Of a DNA stretch of 64,000 nt, positions 26,505 through 34,980 are shown one piece after another. A program made the position numbers and the translations under genes. Under the pieces are notes generated by a model. It made no database searches and was not told where the DNA came from. It worked only from the letters and a program-made list of their open reading frames with translations. Numbering within the stretch: position 1 is the first letter of the stretch; each line of letters starts with the position of its first letter. The stretch is from Alphaproteobacteria bacterium (lineage in GTDB: Bacteria; Pseudomonadota; Alphaproteobacteria; Bin95): positions 104,274-168,273 of the forward strand of contig CBDBIS010000001.1 in the NCBI GenBank assembly GCA_965206075.1, in the 5' to 3' direction.

Positions 26505-27368
26505 ATGACAGCTCCTCTTCCGGGCTCCGGCGCCGGCATGTCCATTTCGGCTGCGGTCAAATGGTACGATCCGGGCAAGGGATACGGGTTCCTTCTGCCC
26601 GATGACGGCTCTCCGGACCTCTTCTGCCGGGCGCAGGTGCTGACGGCGGCGGGTCTCGACCGCCTTCTTCCCGGCGCGGCGGTCGTCTGCGAGACGGCGC
26701 CGGGCCTGCGCGGACCCGAGGTCTCGCGAATTCTGTCCATAGACTTTTCCACGGCGGCGGCGCGCATGGCATCCCCGGCCCGCGCGCCCGTCAACGGAGG
26801 GGCTGCCGCCGGACCCGGCGTCGGGCCGGTCGGCCCGCCGGTCCGCGCTTTCGTCAAATGGTTCCAGCCGGCCAAGGGTTACGGCTTCCTCGAACGCGAG
26901 GACGGCGCCGCCGACCTGTTCTGCCACCTGACGCCCGTGCTGGCGTCGGGCCACCAAACGCTGCCCGAGGGCGCGGCCGTGACCTGCGAGGTCGTGCAGG
27001 GCGACCGGGGACCGCAAGTGTCGAAAATCCTGTCGGTAGAGCCGCCCGCCGCCATGCCCGCCGGCCCCGGACCCCGATCCGGGGGCCCGATGGAGCCGGG
27101 CCACAGTCTCTTCGACGCCGGCAAGCCGGGCCCGCAGGCCGTCGGCGCGTCTTCGCCCGTCATGGAGCTGAAGGGCGCGATCAAGTTCTTCGATCCCGCC
27201 AGAGGCTTCGGCTTCGTCGTGCCGGACGACGGCGGTCCCGAGGTGTTCGTCCATGCCAGCACCCTGTTCCGCTCCGGCATGACCGACCTTGAGCCGGGGC
27301 AGCGCGTCATCGTGAGCGCGGAGCACGTCCCGCGCGGGCTCCAGGCGACACGCATAGAGCCGCTCTGA
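26505..27368 (+). CDS. triple cold-shock-domain (CspA-like x3) protein
   Basis: Three tandem CSDs: 'VKWYDPGKGYGFL', 'VKWFQPAKGYGFL', 'IKFFDPARGFGFV', each with RNP1/RNP2-like motifs. Shine-Dalgarno GAGGGGAAA before ATG 26505. Alternative start at 26538. Confidence 0.8.
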   Translation: MTAPLPGSGAGMSISAAVKWYDPGKGYGFLLPDDGSPDLFCRAQVLTAAGLDRLLPGAAVVCETAPGLRGPEVSRILSIDFSTAAARMASPARAPVNGGAAAGPGVGPVGPPVRAFVKWFQPAKGYGFLEREDGAADLFCHLTPVLASGHQTLPEGAAVTCEVVQGDRGPQVSKILSVEPPAAMPAGPGPRSGGPMEPGHSLFDAGKPGPQAVGASSPVMELKGAIKFFDPARGFGFVVPDDGGPEVFVHASTLFRSGMTDLEPGQRVIVSAEHVPRGLQATRIEPL

Positions 27369-27398
27369 ACGGGCCGTCCGCGACAGGCCGCAGCCGCA

Positions 27399-27692
27399 AT
27401 GGAGAACATCATGGATGAGCCGGACGCGCCGCAATCGGCATCCGCAGAGGAAGAGGCCCGGATCGGCGAAATGCCGGCGGTTTTCGTCAACAAGGTCTAT
27501 GTCACGCGCACGCCCGGCGGCGGCGCGAAAATCACGTTTGCCGAAGCGCGCCAGGCGCAGGGCGGGAGCCCGGCGTCGCCGCGCGCGGCGGTGTTCCTGC
27601 AATACGCCGATCTCGCCGCCCTGCGTCGCCTCCTGGACTGGACTGCAAGCCCCGATGAGCCGTCGCAGCGCTTCGGCGGCTCGATGCATTAG
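27399..27692 (+). CDS. hypothetical small protein (97 aa)
   Basis: GGAGAA Shine-Dalgarno. GC3-rich. No recognised domain. Confidence 0.4.
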   Translation: MENIMDEPDAPQSASAEEEARIGEMPAVFVNKVYVTRTPGGGAKITFAEARQAQGGSPASPRAAVFLQYADLAALRRLLDWTASPDEPSQRFGGSMH

Positions 27693-28024
27693 CCGCCGGG
27701 CCCGCCCCTCTTCCCCGAACGCGGGCGCCCTCGCGCCTCGTCGATCCGCGCCTTCAGCTTGTCCGACGCCCTGAGGACAACGACCCGCCGCGCGGCGATC
27801 GGCGCCGCCTCGCCGGTCCTCGGGTTGCGCCCGGTCCGCGCCACCTTGTCCCGCAGCGCGAAGACGGCAAACCCCGAAATCTTCACCTCCTCGCCACGGA
27901 CCAGCGCTTCGACGATCTCCTCGATCATGTCCTCGACCAGCCCGGCCGACGCCGCATGCGAGAGGCCGATCCGCATTTGCACCGCCCGATACAGATCGGC
28001 CCGCGTCACCGTCCTGCCGCTCAT
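27689..28024 (-). CDS. HU/IHF-family DNA-binding protein
   Basis: HU fold: 'LVEDMIEEIVEALVRGEEVKISGFAVFALRDKVARTGRNPRTGEAAPIAARRVVVLRASDKLKARI'. Confidence 0.85.
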   Translation of the reverse strand: MSGRTVTRADLYRAVQMRIGLSHAASAGLVEDMIEEIVEALVRGEEVKISGFAVFALRDKVARTGRNPRTGEAAPIAARRVVVLRASDKLKARIDEARGRPRSGKRGGPGG

Positions 28025-28336
28025 GCCATCGCACCCTCATCAAGCTCCGTCGATTGCCCCGGCCCGGAGCATGCCCGGCTGCGATGGATCGCCCCATGGA
28101 GGTAGCCGTCCCGTCTCCTGGCCGCAAGCGGGACAGGCCGGGGCAATGGGTCGTCATGCCCTCCGGCAGCCTTGCAGGTGACGGTCGGGAACCGCGTCCC
28201 GGCCGCCATTCGGACGTCGCCGCCACGCCTCGCACCTCCAGGAGGCCGAGGCTGGCCGGAAGCCGGGCGGCGGTCGGGTGTCCGGAGAGGGCGTCCGGGC
28301 GCCGCTCATCATCACCGGCAGGATGGAGACGGCACC

Positions 28337-28666
28337 ATGACGGCAGCGATGGCGATGCCCGGCAACACGGCGGACACCTTTTTGGTTCACTTCTTCGGCG
28401 GCGGTCTCGAAGGCGACGACCGTTTCGTGGTCGAGCGGTTCCGCGCTCTGGCCTGCGGCGATATCCGCCCGGTCCGGCCCGAGGCGGCGGGCAAGAAGAG
28501 CCGGCGCAAGGCGGAGCACATTGTCGTTTCGCGCAAGCAGGCCGAGGCGATGCGTCCCGAGCGCGCGGAGATCATCATCTGCACCGGGCTCAGCACCCGC
28601 GGCGGCGTACAGAAGTGGGGGGCGATCGCAACCTCACTCATGTGCGACCGCAAGCAGCGCGGCTGA
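28337..28666 (+). CDS. hypothetical small protein (109 aa)
   Basis: 'aggatggag' Shine-Dalgarno before the ATG ('MTAAMAMPGNTADTFLVHFFGGG...'). No recognised domain. Confidence 0.35.
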   Translation: MTAAMAMPGNTADTFLVHFFGGGLEGDDRFVVERFRALACGDIRPVRPEAAGKKSRRKAEHIVVSRKQAEAMRPERAEIIICTGLSTRGGVQKWGAIATSLMCDRKQRG

Positions 28667-28751
28667 GCAGCAACTTCCGGGGGACGTCCCGCCGGCGCAC
28701 CGTCGGCGGGACGTCCTCTTCCGGGATTCCGATTTCGATGGGGAGAATGTC

Positions 28752-29771
28752 GTGGCCTATCGAGACGTGGAAGTCAGGAAACAACGCGACCGCGAGCGGT
28801 TCGCGCGCCGGACGGCCGCCCGGATTGCGGCCGGCCAATGCCCGCGCTGCGGCGAGCGGCCTCCCACGCCGGACCGCTCGGTGTGCGAGCCGTGCGCGGC
28901 CGGGAGAAACCGCACGAGCCGGGCCCGCGACGCGCGGCTGCGCGCCGAGGGAAAACCCAGGCGGAACATGGAGCGCGCGCGCGAGTACGAGCGCGAGCGG
29001 TCACGCAGGGAACGAGCCGCGCGCCAGGCCGGGGGCATTTGCGCCCGTTGCGGCACGCGCCCGTCGGCGGAAGGCCGCTCGTCCTGCGAGCCCTGCCTTC
29101 AGAAGCGCCGCGCCGAAGACCGGGCGAAATACCGGGCCGGCAAGGAAGCCGGAAAGCCGTATGGCGGGGCCAATGCCGATGCAAAGCGGCGCGCCGGCCG
29201 GGCCAGGAGCAGGAAGCGCCAGAAGGCGCGGATCGAGGCCGGGCTCTGCATTCGCTGCGGCGCGCGCCCGCCGGTCGAGGGGGGAACCACCTGCTCGCCA
29301 TGCCGCGAAAAGCGCCAGCAGGCCGAGCGGCAGTTGTATGCCGAACGCCGGGCTGCCGGTTGCTGCACGCGCTGCGGCGGTCCGGTCCATGAAGGCCTGT
29401 CGCGCTGTGCGCGATGCGCCGCCATCGAGGAGGCCGGCCGTTGCCCCGAACGCAAGAACGCGCGCTCCCGAAAGCTCTACGCCGCCAGGAGGGCGCGGGG
29501 CGAATGCACATCCTGCGGAGCGCCCGCGCAGGGGGCCAGCAGGTGCGCCCCATGCGCGGAGAAGTCGTACCACCGCTCGGCGCATTTCAGGGGCATCCCG
29601 GTCTGGGATCCGCAGTATACGGTGATCGAGATCGAGACGGGCGCCGACCACGGCACCTATGACAGCATGGCCGACGTGGCGCTCTGCCTCGCCTTCGCCA
29701 AGCTCGACCGCGACCGGGTGGAGATCGTGACGGACGCCCCGGTCACCGCGCGGCTGACGGCGTGGGAATGA
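28752..29771 (+). CDS. tandem zinc-ribbon protein (five CxxCG-x9-12-CxxC repeats) with conserved C-terminal domain
   Basis: Five repeats read directly, e.g. 'CPRCGERPPTPDRSVCEPCAAGRNR', 'CARCGTRPSAEGRSSCEPCLQKRR', 'CIRCGARPPVEGGTTCSPCREKRQ', 'CTRCGGPVHEGLSRCARCAA', 'CTSCGAPAQGASRCAPCAEK', each followed by a basic stretch. GTG start with GGGGAGA Shine-Dalgarno. The ATG at 28521 is an alternative. Confidence 0.55.
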   Translation: MAYRDVEVRKQRDRERFARRTAARIAAGQCPRCGERPPTPDRSVCEPCAAGRNRTSRARDARLRAEGKPRRNMERAREYERERSRRERAARQAGGICARCGTRPSAEGRSSCEPCLQKRRAEDRAKYRAGKEAGKPYGGANADAKRRAGRARSRKRQKARIEAGLCIRCGARPPVEGGTTCSPCREKRQQAERQLYAERRAAGCCTRCGGPVHEGLSRCARCAAIEEAGRCPERKNARSRKLYAARRARGECTSCGAPAQGASRCAPCAEKSYHRSAHFRGIPVWDPQYTVIEIETGADHGTYDSMADVALCLAFAKLDRDRVEIVTDAPVTARLTAWE

Positions 29772-29901
29772 GCGGCGCCATGCGTGCCGGGGGCCGGGCG
29801 CCCGCCGGCCTCCTGCACGTGCCGCCGGCCCGCCGCCCGCCGGGATGCGTATCGCCGTCCCGCGGGCGGCAGATCCGAACCCGACGACAGGAGATCGACC
29901 G

Positions 29902-30153
29902 ATGACCGTCGACACGCTGCCCGACTGCCCCCGCTACTGTTTCGCGCCCATCGAGGACGCCGAGCTCGGGGTGCAGCAGATCCGCATATTCGTCGAGGGC
30001 CTGGACGCGGCCATCGGCACGTCGCTGGTCGTGCTGGGCATCGACGAGGCCATGGCGATGGCGGACAGGCTCAACCGTCCGCTCGGCTGGACGCGGGCGG
30101 GGTGGACCGCCTTCGCCGCGACATGCATCCGCGGGGCCAGCACCCCGGACTGA
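29902..30153 (+). CDS. hypothetical small protein (83 aa)
   Basis: AGGAGA Shine-Dalgarno before the ATG ('MTVDTLPDCPRYCFAPIEDAELG'). Confidence 0.45.
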   Translation: MTVDTLPDCPRYCFAPIEDAELGVQQIRIFVEGLDAAIGTSLVVLGIDEAMAMADRLNRPLGWTRAGWTAFAATCIRGASTPD

Positions 30154-30371
30154 CGCGCCGGCCACGCCGCGCGGTCGACGGGCTCCACCCGCGCGATGCC
30201 CGGCCTGCCATCCTGACGGCGCCACCGGCCCGCGCCTGTCGCGGGCGACCGCGTCCTGGGCCGAAGCTCCCGTCGAGGAGCCGGAGAGGAGCGCTTTGCG
30301 GGCGATCGCCCGGAGAGCGGAGGGAGCGGTTTCCCTCGAACGCGCCGGGCAGCGCAAAGGAGGCTCCGGCC

Positions 30372-30614
30372 ATGTTCGACCCCGACATCCATATCGACGT
30401 TCCCACCGGCGCCCTGCTCGCCGAGATCGGCATCGACCCCGCCGCTGCGAGCGAGGTCATCGCGGAAGACCGCGCCCTCCGCTGCCCCGACCGGGATCGG
30501 GTGCGTCTCGAGTGCGGCACCGCGTTCCTCGACGTCGCCATGCCGCACGGGACCACCCTGCGCGGGGCGACGGGCAGCATGGTCCCGGTCCCGGCGTACC
30601 GCCCCGCGAAATAG
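30372..30614 (+). CDS. hypothetical small protein (80 aa)
   Basis: AGGAGG Shine-Dalgarno before the ATG ('MFDPDIHIDVPTGALLAEIGIDP'). Confidence 0.45.
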   Translation: MFDPDIHIDVPTGALLAEIGIDPAAASEVIAEDRALRCPDRDRVRLECGTAFLDVAMPHGTTLRGATGSMVPVPAYRPAK

Positions 30615-30725
30615 AGGAGGAGGGAAGCCTGGAGAAGGTGAACGGCGGGGGGCCGGGGGGAGCGATCGTCCCGGTCTCCCGTCGTTCGCGAACCCATCGT
30701 CATGAACGAGACCTGAAGGAGCATC

Positions 30726-31202
30726 GTGATGAGCTTCGGAATGAACCGCGTCGAACTGATCGGCCGCCTCGGCGCCGACGTCACCGTCAACCACCTGATG
30801 AGCGGGGGGCGCGTCGCGAATTTGAGCATCGCGACCGATGAGTCCTACTTCAACCGCGACGGCCAGAAGGTCGACAAGACCGAGTGGCACCGGGTCGTGA
30901 CCTTCCAGGACGGCCTCATCGACATGCTGGAGCGCCACGCGAAGAAGGGCCGCCTGGTCCACGCCGAGGGCAAGCTCCAGACCCGGCGGTGGAAGAAGGA
31001 CGGCGAGGACGGCGACCGCTTCTCGACCGAGATCCTGATCGTGCCCGGTCACAAGATCCAGTTCCTCGACAAGCCTGCCGGCGCGAACGGCAACGGCGCC
31101 CTGGCCGAGACCGCCCCGCCGAAGGCGAACGGCGAGGCCATGCCGGCCGGCGGCGACCCGGCGCAGGGCGATGACTTCGGATCGGATCGCATTCCCTTCT
31201 GA
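30726..31202 (+). CDS. ssb: single-stranded DNA-binding protein
   Basis: OB-fold SSB ('NRVELIGRLGADV...RVANLSIATDESY...KTEWHRVV') with the acidic C-terminal tail 'DDFGSDRIPF'. Confidence 0.9.
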   Translation: MMSFGMNRVELIGRLGADVTVNHLMSGGRVANLSIATDESYFNRDGQKVDKTEWHRVVTFQDGLIDMLERHAKKGRLVHAEGKLQTRRWKKDGEDGDRFSTEILIVPGHKIQFLDKPAGANGNGALAETAPPKANGEAMPAGGDPAQGDDFGSDRIPF

Positions 31203-31227
31203 GCCGGTTCCCCTTCCTCCCAACTCA

Positions 31228-31256
31228 GGCGGCTGCTTCGGCAGTCGCCTTTTTTT
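31228..31256 (+). terminator. rho-independent terminator after ssb
   Basis: Hairpin GGCGGCTGC-ttcg-GCAGTCGCC followed by T7. Confidence 0.7.
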
Positions 31257-31724
31257 CTGCCGTGGGTCCGGAGCCCGCGTCCGCGCCGAGACCGCCCGGA
31301 TGCCCGACACCCATCCGCTCTGGCGGTGACGGGCGCATGTCCGCAGATCGGCGCCCCGCCGGCAGACGCCGTGCCGGCCGAGAGGCCCATGGCGTCGGTG
31401 CGGGTGGAGAGATTTGGCCGACGACGTGCTGTCCTATTGTGCCACACGTGCTCCCTCCGCCAACCCCTCCGGGGTCCTCCGCTGGCGCTCCGGCGCGGGG
31501 AGGTTCCGCTAGGCGCCGCGACGGGGCGACCGTGGCTCAGGCCCAAGCTACGCCAGGGCTCGTTCCTCGCCAGGCTCCGCTAGGGCCTTGCGCCCGCACC
31601 ACTCGCCCCGCCGCGCCGCCAAGCTCCACCAACCCCGCGTGGCTGCGGTCCGCGCGCGTGACCCAAAAGGACATCACATCGGGGATCGGCCCCGAACGTG
31701 CAACCGATCGCATAGGAGATCGTC

Positions 31725-32648
31725 ATGAACATCATCGACACCATCGAGACCGCCGCGCAGTCCGCCACCGCAACCGTCTGCGACAACGCCGCCCTGTTCG
31801 GCGCTGCCCCCGAGCGCGACGAGTTCGACAGCCGGGAGGTCTGGGACCGCGACGATGCGCTCGCCGCCGTCGCCGAGGCCTTCCGCATCCTGGCCCAGGG
31901 CGTCGCGCCGGACGGCACCCAGCTCGCCGACGAGCGCGAGAGCCTGCTCTGGGGCTTCGTCAACATGCTCGACAGCCAGACCAACCGCCTCGACCGCGCC
32001 GCCGACAGGCTGATGCCCGAACTCCGCAACCTCCAGCGCGCCCAGGACGGCACCGAGATCAAGTCGCTTGAACTCGAGATGACCACCCACCGCGCGCAGT
32101 GCCTCACCGACCGGCGCGACGCCTTCGAGACCATGCGCGACACCGCCGCCGAACAGTATCGCGCCGAGACCGGCAACGTCTGGCGGCCCCGGCGCGGCAG
32201 CCACGTCTCGCAGACCGGCGCCCTGACCTCCGCCAGCATCGACGCCCGCGACTTCGCCCGCGCCCGGCAGGACCGCAAGACCGCCGCGCATCTGCCCCAG
32301 GGCACCCTCGTCGCCATCGCCGGCGGCAAGGACGTCGCCGACCCGGCCGCAGTGATCGCCATGCTCGAAAGGACCCGCGCCAAGCACGCCGACATGGTGC
32401 TCGTCCACGGCGGCGGCCCCGGCGTCGAGAAGATCGCGGCGCGCTGGGCCGAGCGGAACGGCGTCCACCAGGTCGTCTGCAAGCCGGACTGGGATCGCCA
32501 CGGACGCGCCGCTCCGTTCCGCCGCAACGAGGAACTGCTGAACCTCCTGCCGAAGGGCGTGCTCGCGTTCCCCGGTTCGGGCATCACCGAGAATCTCGTG
32601 GACCGCGCCCGCCAGCTGGGCATCCCGGTCATGAAGGCCGCGGCCTGA
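31725..32648 (+). CDS. DUF2493/SLOG-family (YspA-like) protein with N-terminal coiled-coil domain
   Basis: C-terminal half 'LVAIAGGKDVADPAAV...MVLVHGGGPGVEKIAARWAERNGVHQVVCKPDWDRHGRAAPFRRNEELL...GVLAFPGSGITENL' fits the SLOG/DUF2493 pattern common on plasmids and ICEs. Confidence 0.55.
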   Translation: MNIIDTIETAAQSATATVCDNAALFGAAPERDEFDSREVWDRDDALAAVAEAFRILAQGVAPDGTQLADERESLLWGFVNMLDSQTNRLDRAADRLMPELRNLQRAQDGTEIKSLELEMTTHRAQCLTDRRDAFETMRDTAAEQYRAETGNVWRPRRGSHVSQTGALTSASIDARDFARARQDRKTAAHLPQGTLVAIAGGKDVADPAAVIAMLERTRAKHADMVLVHGGGPGVEKIAARWAERNGVHQVVCKPDWDRHGRAAPFRRNEELLNLLPKGVLAFPGSGITENLVDRARQLGIPVMKAAA

Positions 32649-33374
32649 CCGCAACGCATCGCGGGCCGCGTCGTCATCCCCGCAGTGGGACGGTGGCGCG
32701 GCCCGTTTCGTTTCCGACCCACGGCGTTGCGGCGGCAATGCCGTCCTCGCGCGCGCTTCGCGCGGCGCTCGCCGCCTCGCTACGCTCGGCGTCCTCGGCA
32801 GCGTGCTCGCACGCCTGCCGTCGGCTCCGCCGACGCGCCGGCCGGCAATCGCGTCGTCCGCCTTTGCAACATTTCTGCGCATGTGTGCTTCGGCTACTGC
32901 GTCGGTCATTGTGCACGACACAATGCACGGCGTCGGCATCGGTGACTGTGGTCGCGGTCGCCATCGCGATCGTCGCGCGCGTCGCCACTGCCGGCTTCGC
33001 CGTCACCGGCCTCCGCGGTAGCCGCCGCGGTCGCGGGCATGCTCGTGCGGCCGTCGCCGCCGATGCCGCCGTCACGGCGCTCGACACTTCGTCCCTCCGT
33101 AGTGTCGCCGACAACGACCACTCAAGCGCCGTGGCGGCTTCGATCCGCCGCTCTCGCCGGCGACGATTCCCCCATGAAAATCGCTGCACGATTCGGTGCC
33201 TTCCACGCCCGGAGGGCGCTGGCTCGTCACACCCGACTCACCGCTGGTGAATGGGGCGCAGGCGTAGCCCCGGAGGGCCCTTCCGGCGCCTTACCGAGCC
33301 AGTCGGGGCCTATCGTATGATGGGAACCCGTAGTGCGGATTGTGTTACGACCAAGTCTCTGGAATCATTGGCGG

Positions 33375-33458
33375 TGTTTGTTCCGTGTTCGCTGTGTATG
33401 CTCCAGAGCACCGCGCGCAACTCGCGCGCAACTCGCCCGGACACGGAACAAACACCGG
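33375..33458. promoter_or_regulatory. 16-bp perfect inverted repeat (GGTGTTTGTTCCGTGT / ACACGGAACAAACACC) flanking tandem 'GCGCGCAACTC' repeats; candidate oriT or operator upstream of mobC-like gene
   Basis: Read directly from the sequence. Located in an 850-bp non-coding stretch between the DUF2493 gene and the RHH gene. Confidence 0.4.
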
Positions 33459-33575
33459 ATCGCCGCCCGCGGTCACATAGGCCAATGGACCGGGAAATAG
33501 CCCATGGCCATCCGAAACCGACCGGCATTCCGCTCGCGGAGGGGCCGGTGGAAGGCTCGAACAGGGGAGGTAACG

Positions 33576-33917
33576 ATGGCGGTCAGGAGCTTCCAGCGCT
33601 CGATCCGGTTCACGAACAACGAGTGGGATGCCGTGGTCGAGGCCGCCGAGAAGGCCGGAATCGCGCCCGGCTCGTTCGTGCGCAAGGCCGCCGCGCGCGC
33701 CGCGGCCGACGATTTATATCTCTATGGCGGCGGCCTGACACCCGAATTGGCCGATCTGATCCAGCGGACCCACCGTGGCGTCCACCTGCTCACCTACCTG
33801 AAGCGGGAGGAGCTCGCCGGATCGGAAAGGGGAGCGCTCTTCGACCGGGCCGTCGAAGACGCCCGCGCCACCCAGATCAAGGCGCTCGGCGACGACCGCT
33901 CAAGCGAAGATTCGTAG
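33576..33917 (+). CDS. ribbon-helix-helix mobilization accessory protein (MobC-like)
   Basis: 'RSIRFTNNEWDAVVEAAEKAGIAPGSFVRKAA' matches the MobC/RHH relaxosome-accessory pattern. GGGGAGG Shine-Dalgarno before the internal ATG. Confidence 0.55.
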   Translation: MAVRSFQRSIRFTNNEWDAVVEAAEKAGIAPGSFVRKAAARAAADDLYLYGGGLTPELADLIQRTHRGVHLLTYLKREELAGSERGALFDRAVEDARATQIKALGDDRSSEDS

Positions 33918-34108
33918 CACCCTCGGCCTCCGGCGGGCGACGCCGGTCCCAGCCTTTTCCGCGGTGGTTGGCTCCAGGGTACCCCGCACCCGACCGGTTC
34001 GCCGAACCGATCAAAGGCGCCACGAAAGGCGCCGCCGCCGATCCCCGCCACGCTCATTCGACGCTTCGTCCGTCCGCCGGCAGCGTCATCTCATGCAACG
34101 ACGCACGC

Positions 34109-34420
34109 TCAGGCGACCCGTCTTCCGAACGGAACAAGGTCGATTTCGTCCTCGCGCTCGCGGGTCCGGGCGATGTCGTAGCCGGTCTGCATGCGCAACA
34201 GCGTGTCCATCGACACGCCGAATACCTTCTCGATCCTGAGCGCCATTTCGGGCGAGAGGCTCGCCCGCTCGTTGAGCAGCGCGGACAGCGCCGGGCGCGT
34301 GACCCCCAGCGCCGACGCGGCCCCGGTCACCGACAGGCCCATCGCCTCGACGATCTCGCTCTTCACGAACCCGCCCGGGTGGGCCGGGTTCTTCATCCGC
34401 AAACCCTGTGTCGTGCCCAT
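34109..34420 (-). CDS. higA: HigA-family antitoxin (XRE HTH)
   Basis: 'IVEAMGLSVTGAASALGVTRPALSALLNERASLSPEMALRIEKVFGVSMDTLLRMQTGYDI' is the HigA addiction-module antidote signature. Confidence 0.85.
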   Translation of the reverse strand: MGTTQGLRMKNPAHPGGFVKSEIVEAMGLSVTGAASALGVTRPALSALLNERASLSPEMALRIEKVFGVSMDTLLRMQTGYDIARTREREDEIDLVPFGRRVA

Positions 34421-34429
34421 CGCCGTCTC

Positions 34430-34720
34430 CTAGTGGTAATCCTCGTAGTCGAGGTCGACGATCTCGCCCTCGGCGCGGTCGATCCGGAAGGTGAGCCGCC
34501 AGTTCCCGGTCACCGTCAGGCTCCACACGCCCCTGCGGTTGCCGGTCAGCCGGTGCGCGTTCCAGCCCGGAACCGTCCGCAATTCGTCCTCGCGCTCCAT
34601 GTCCTGGAGGAACGACAGCATCCGCCGCAGCTTCGGCACGGCCGCGGGCGGGAGCGCCGCAGCATTGTCTTCCTCGATGAACCGGCGCAGCCCCCTGTGA
34701 ATCACGTTCCGAATCTTCAT
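34430..34720 (-). CDS. higB: HigB-family toxin (RelE/ParE superfamily, plasmid-maintenance killer)
   Basis: 'MKIRNVIHRGLRRFIEEDN...LRRMLSFLQDME...PGWNAHRLTGNRRGVWSLTVTGNWRLTF' fits the HigB pattern. Sits directly upstream of higA. Confidence 0.8.
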   Translation of the reverse strand: MKIRNVIHRGLRRFIEEDNAAALPPAAVPKLRRMLSFLQDMEREDELRTVPGWNAHRLTGNRRGVWSLTVTGNWRLTFRIDRAEGEIVDLDYEDYH

Positions 34721-34980
34721 GGCGGAAGCTATCGAAGAGACACGTCAAGCGTCAAGCGACGCAATACGATGCCATCCGGCAGCTGAAACCCCGGCCGGAG
34801 GCAACCGCATTTGCCGGCGATCCGCGACTGCGCGGCGCATCGTTCCGGCAGGAAACAAACGGCTTCGATTCGTGCGCGACTTGCAGAAGGGTACGTCGCC
34901 GGACATGGCGGCCGGGCCGGTGGCGCCGGCCGGAGCCCCACCGACATGTCCAGCGTCGGCGGTTCCCGACCAACCGGGGA

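Noticed and set aside
26154-28235. Upstream ~700 codons of the 1476-aa minus-strand ORF 23805..28235
   Set aside because: Overlaps the well-supported plus-strand triple cold-shock-domain gene, the small 27399 ORF and the HU gene (which is in a different frame). Arg-rich junk translation. Gene trimmed to start at 26153.
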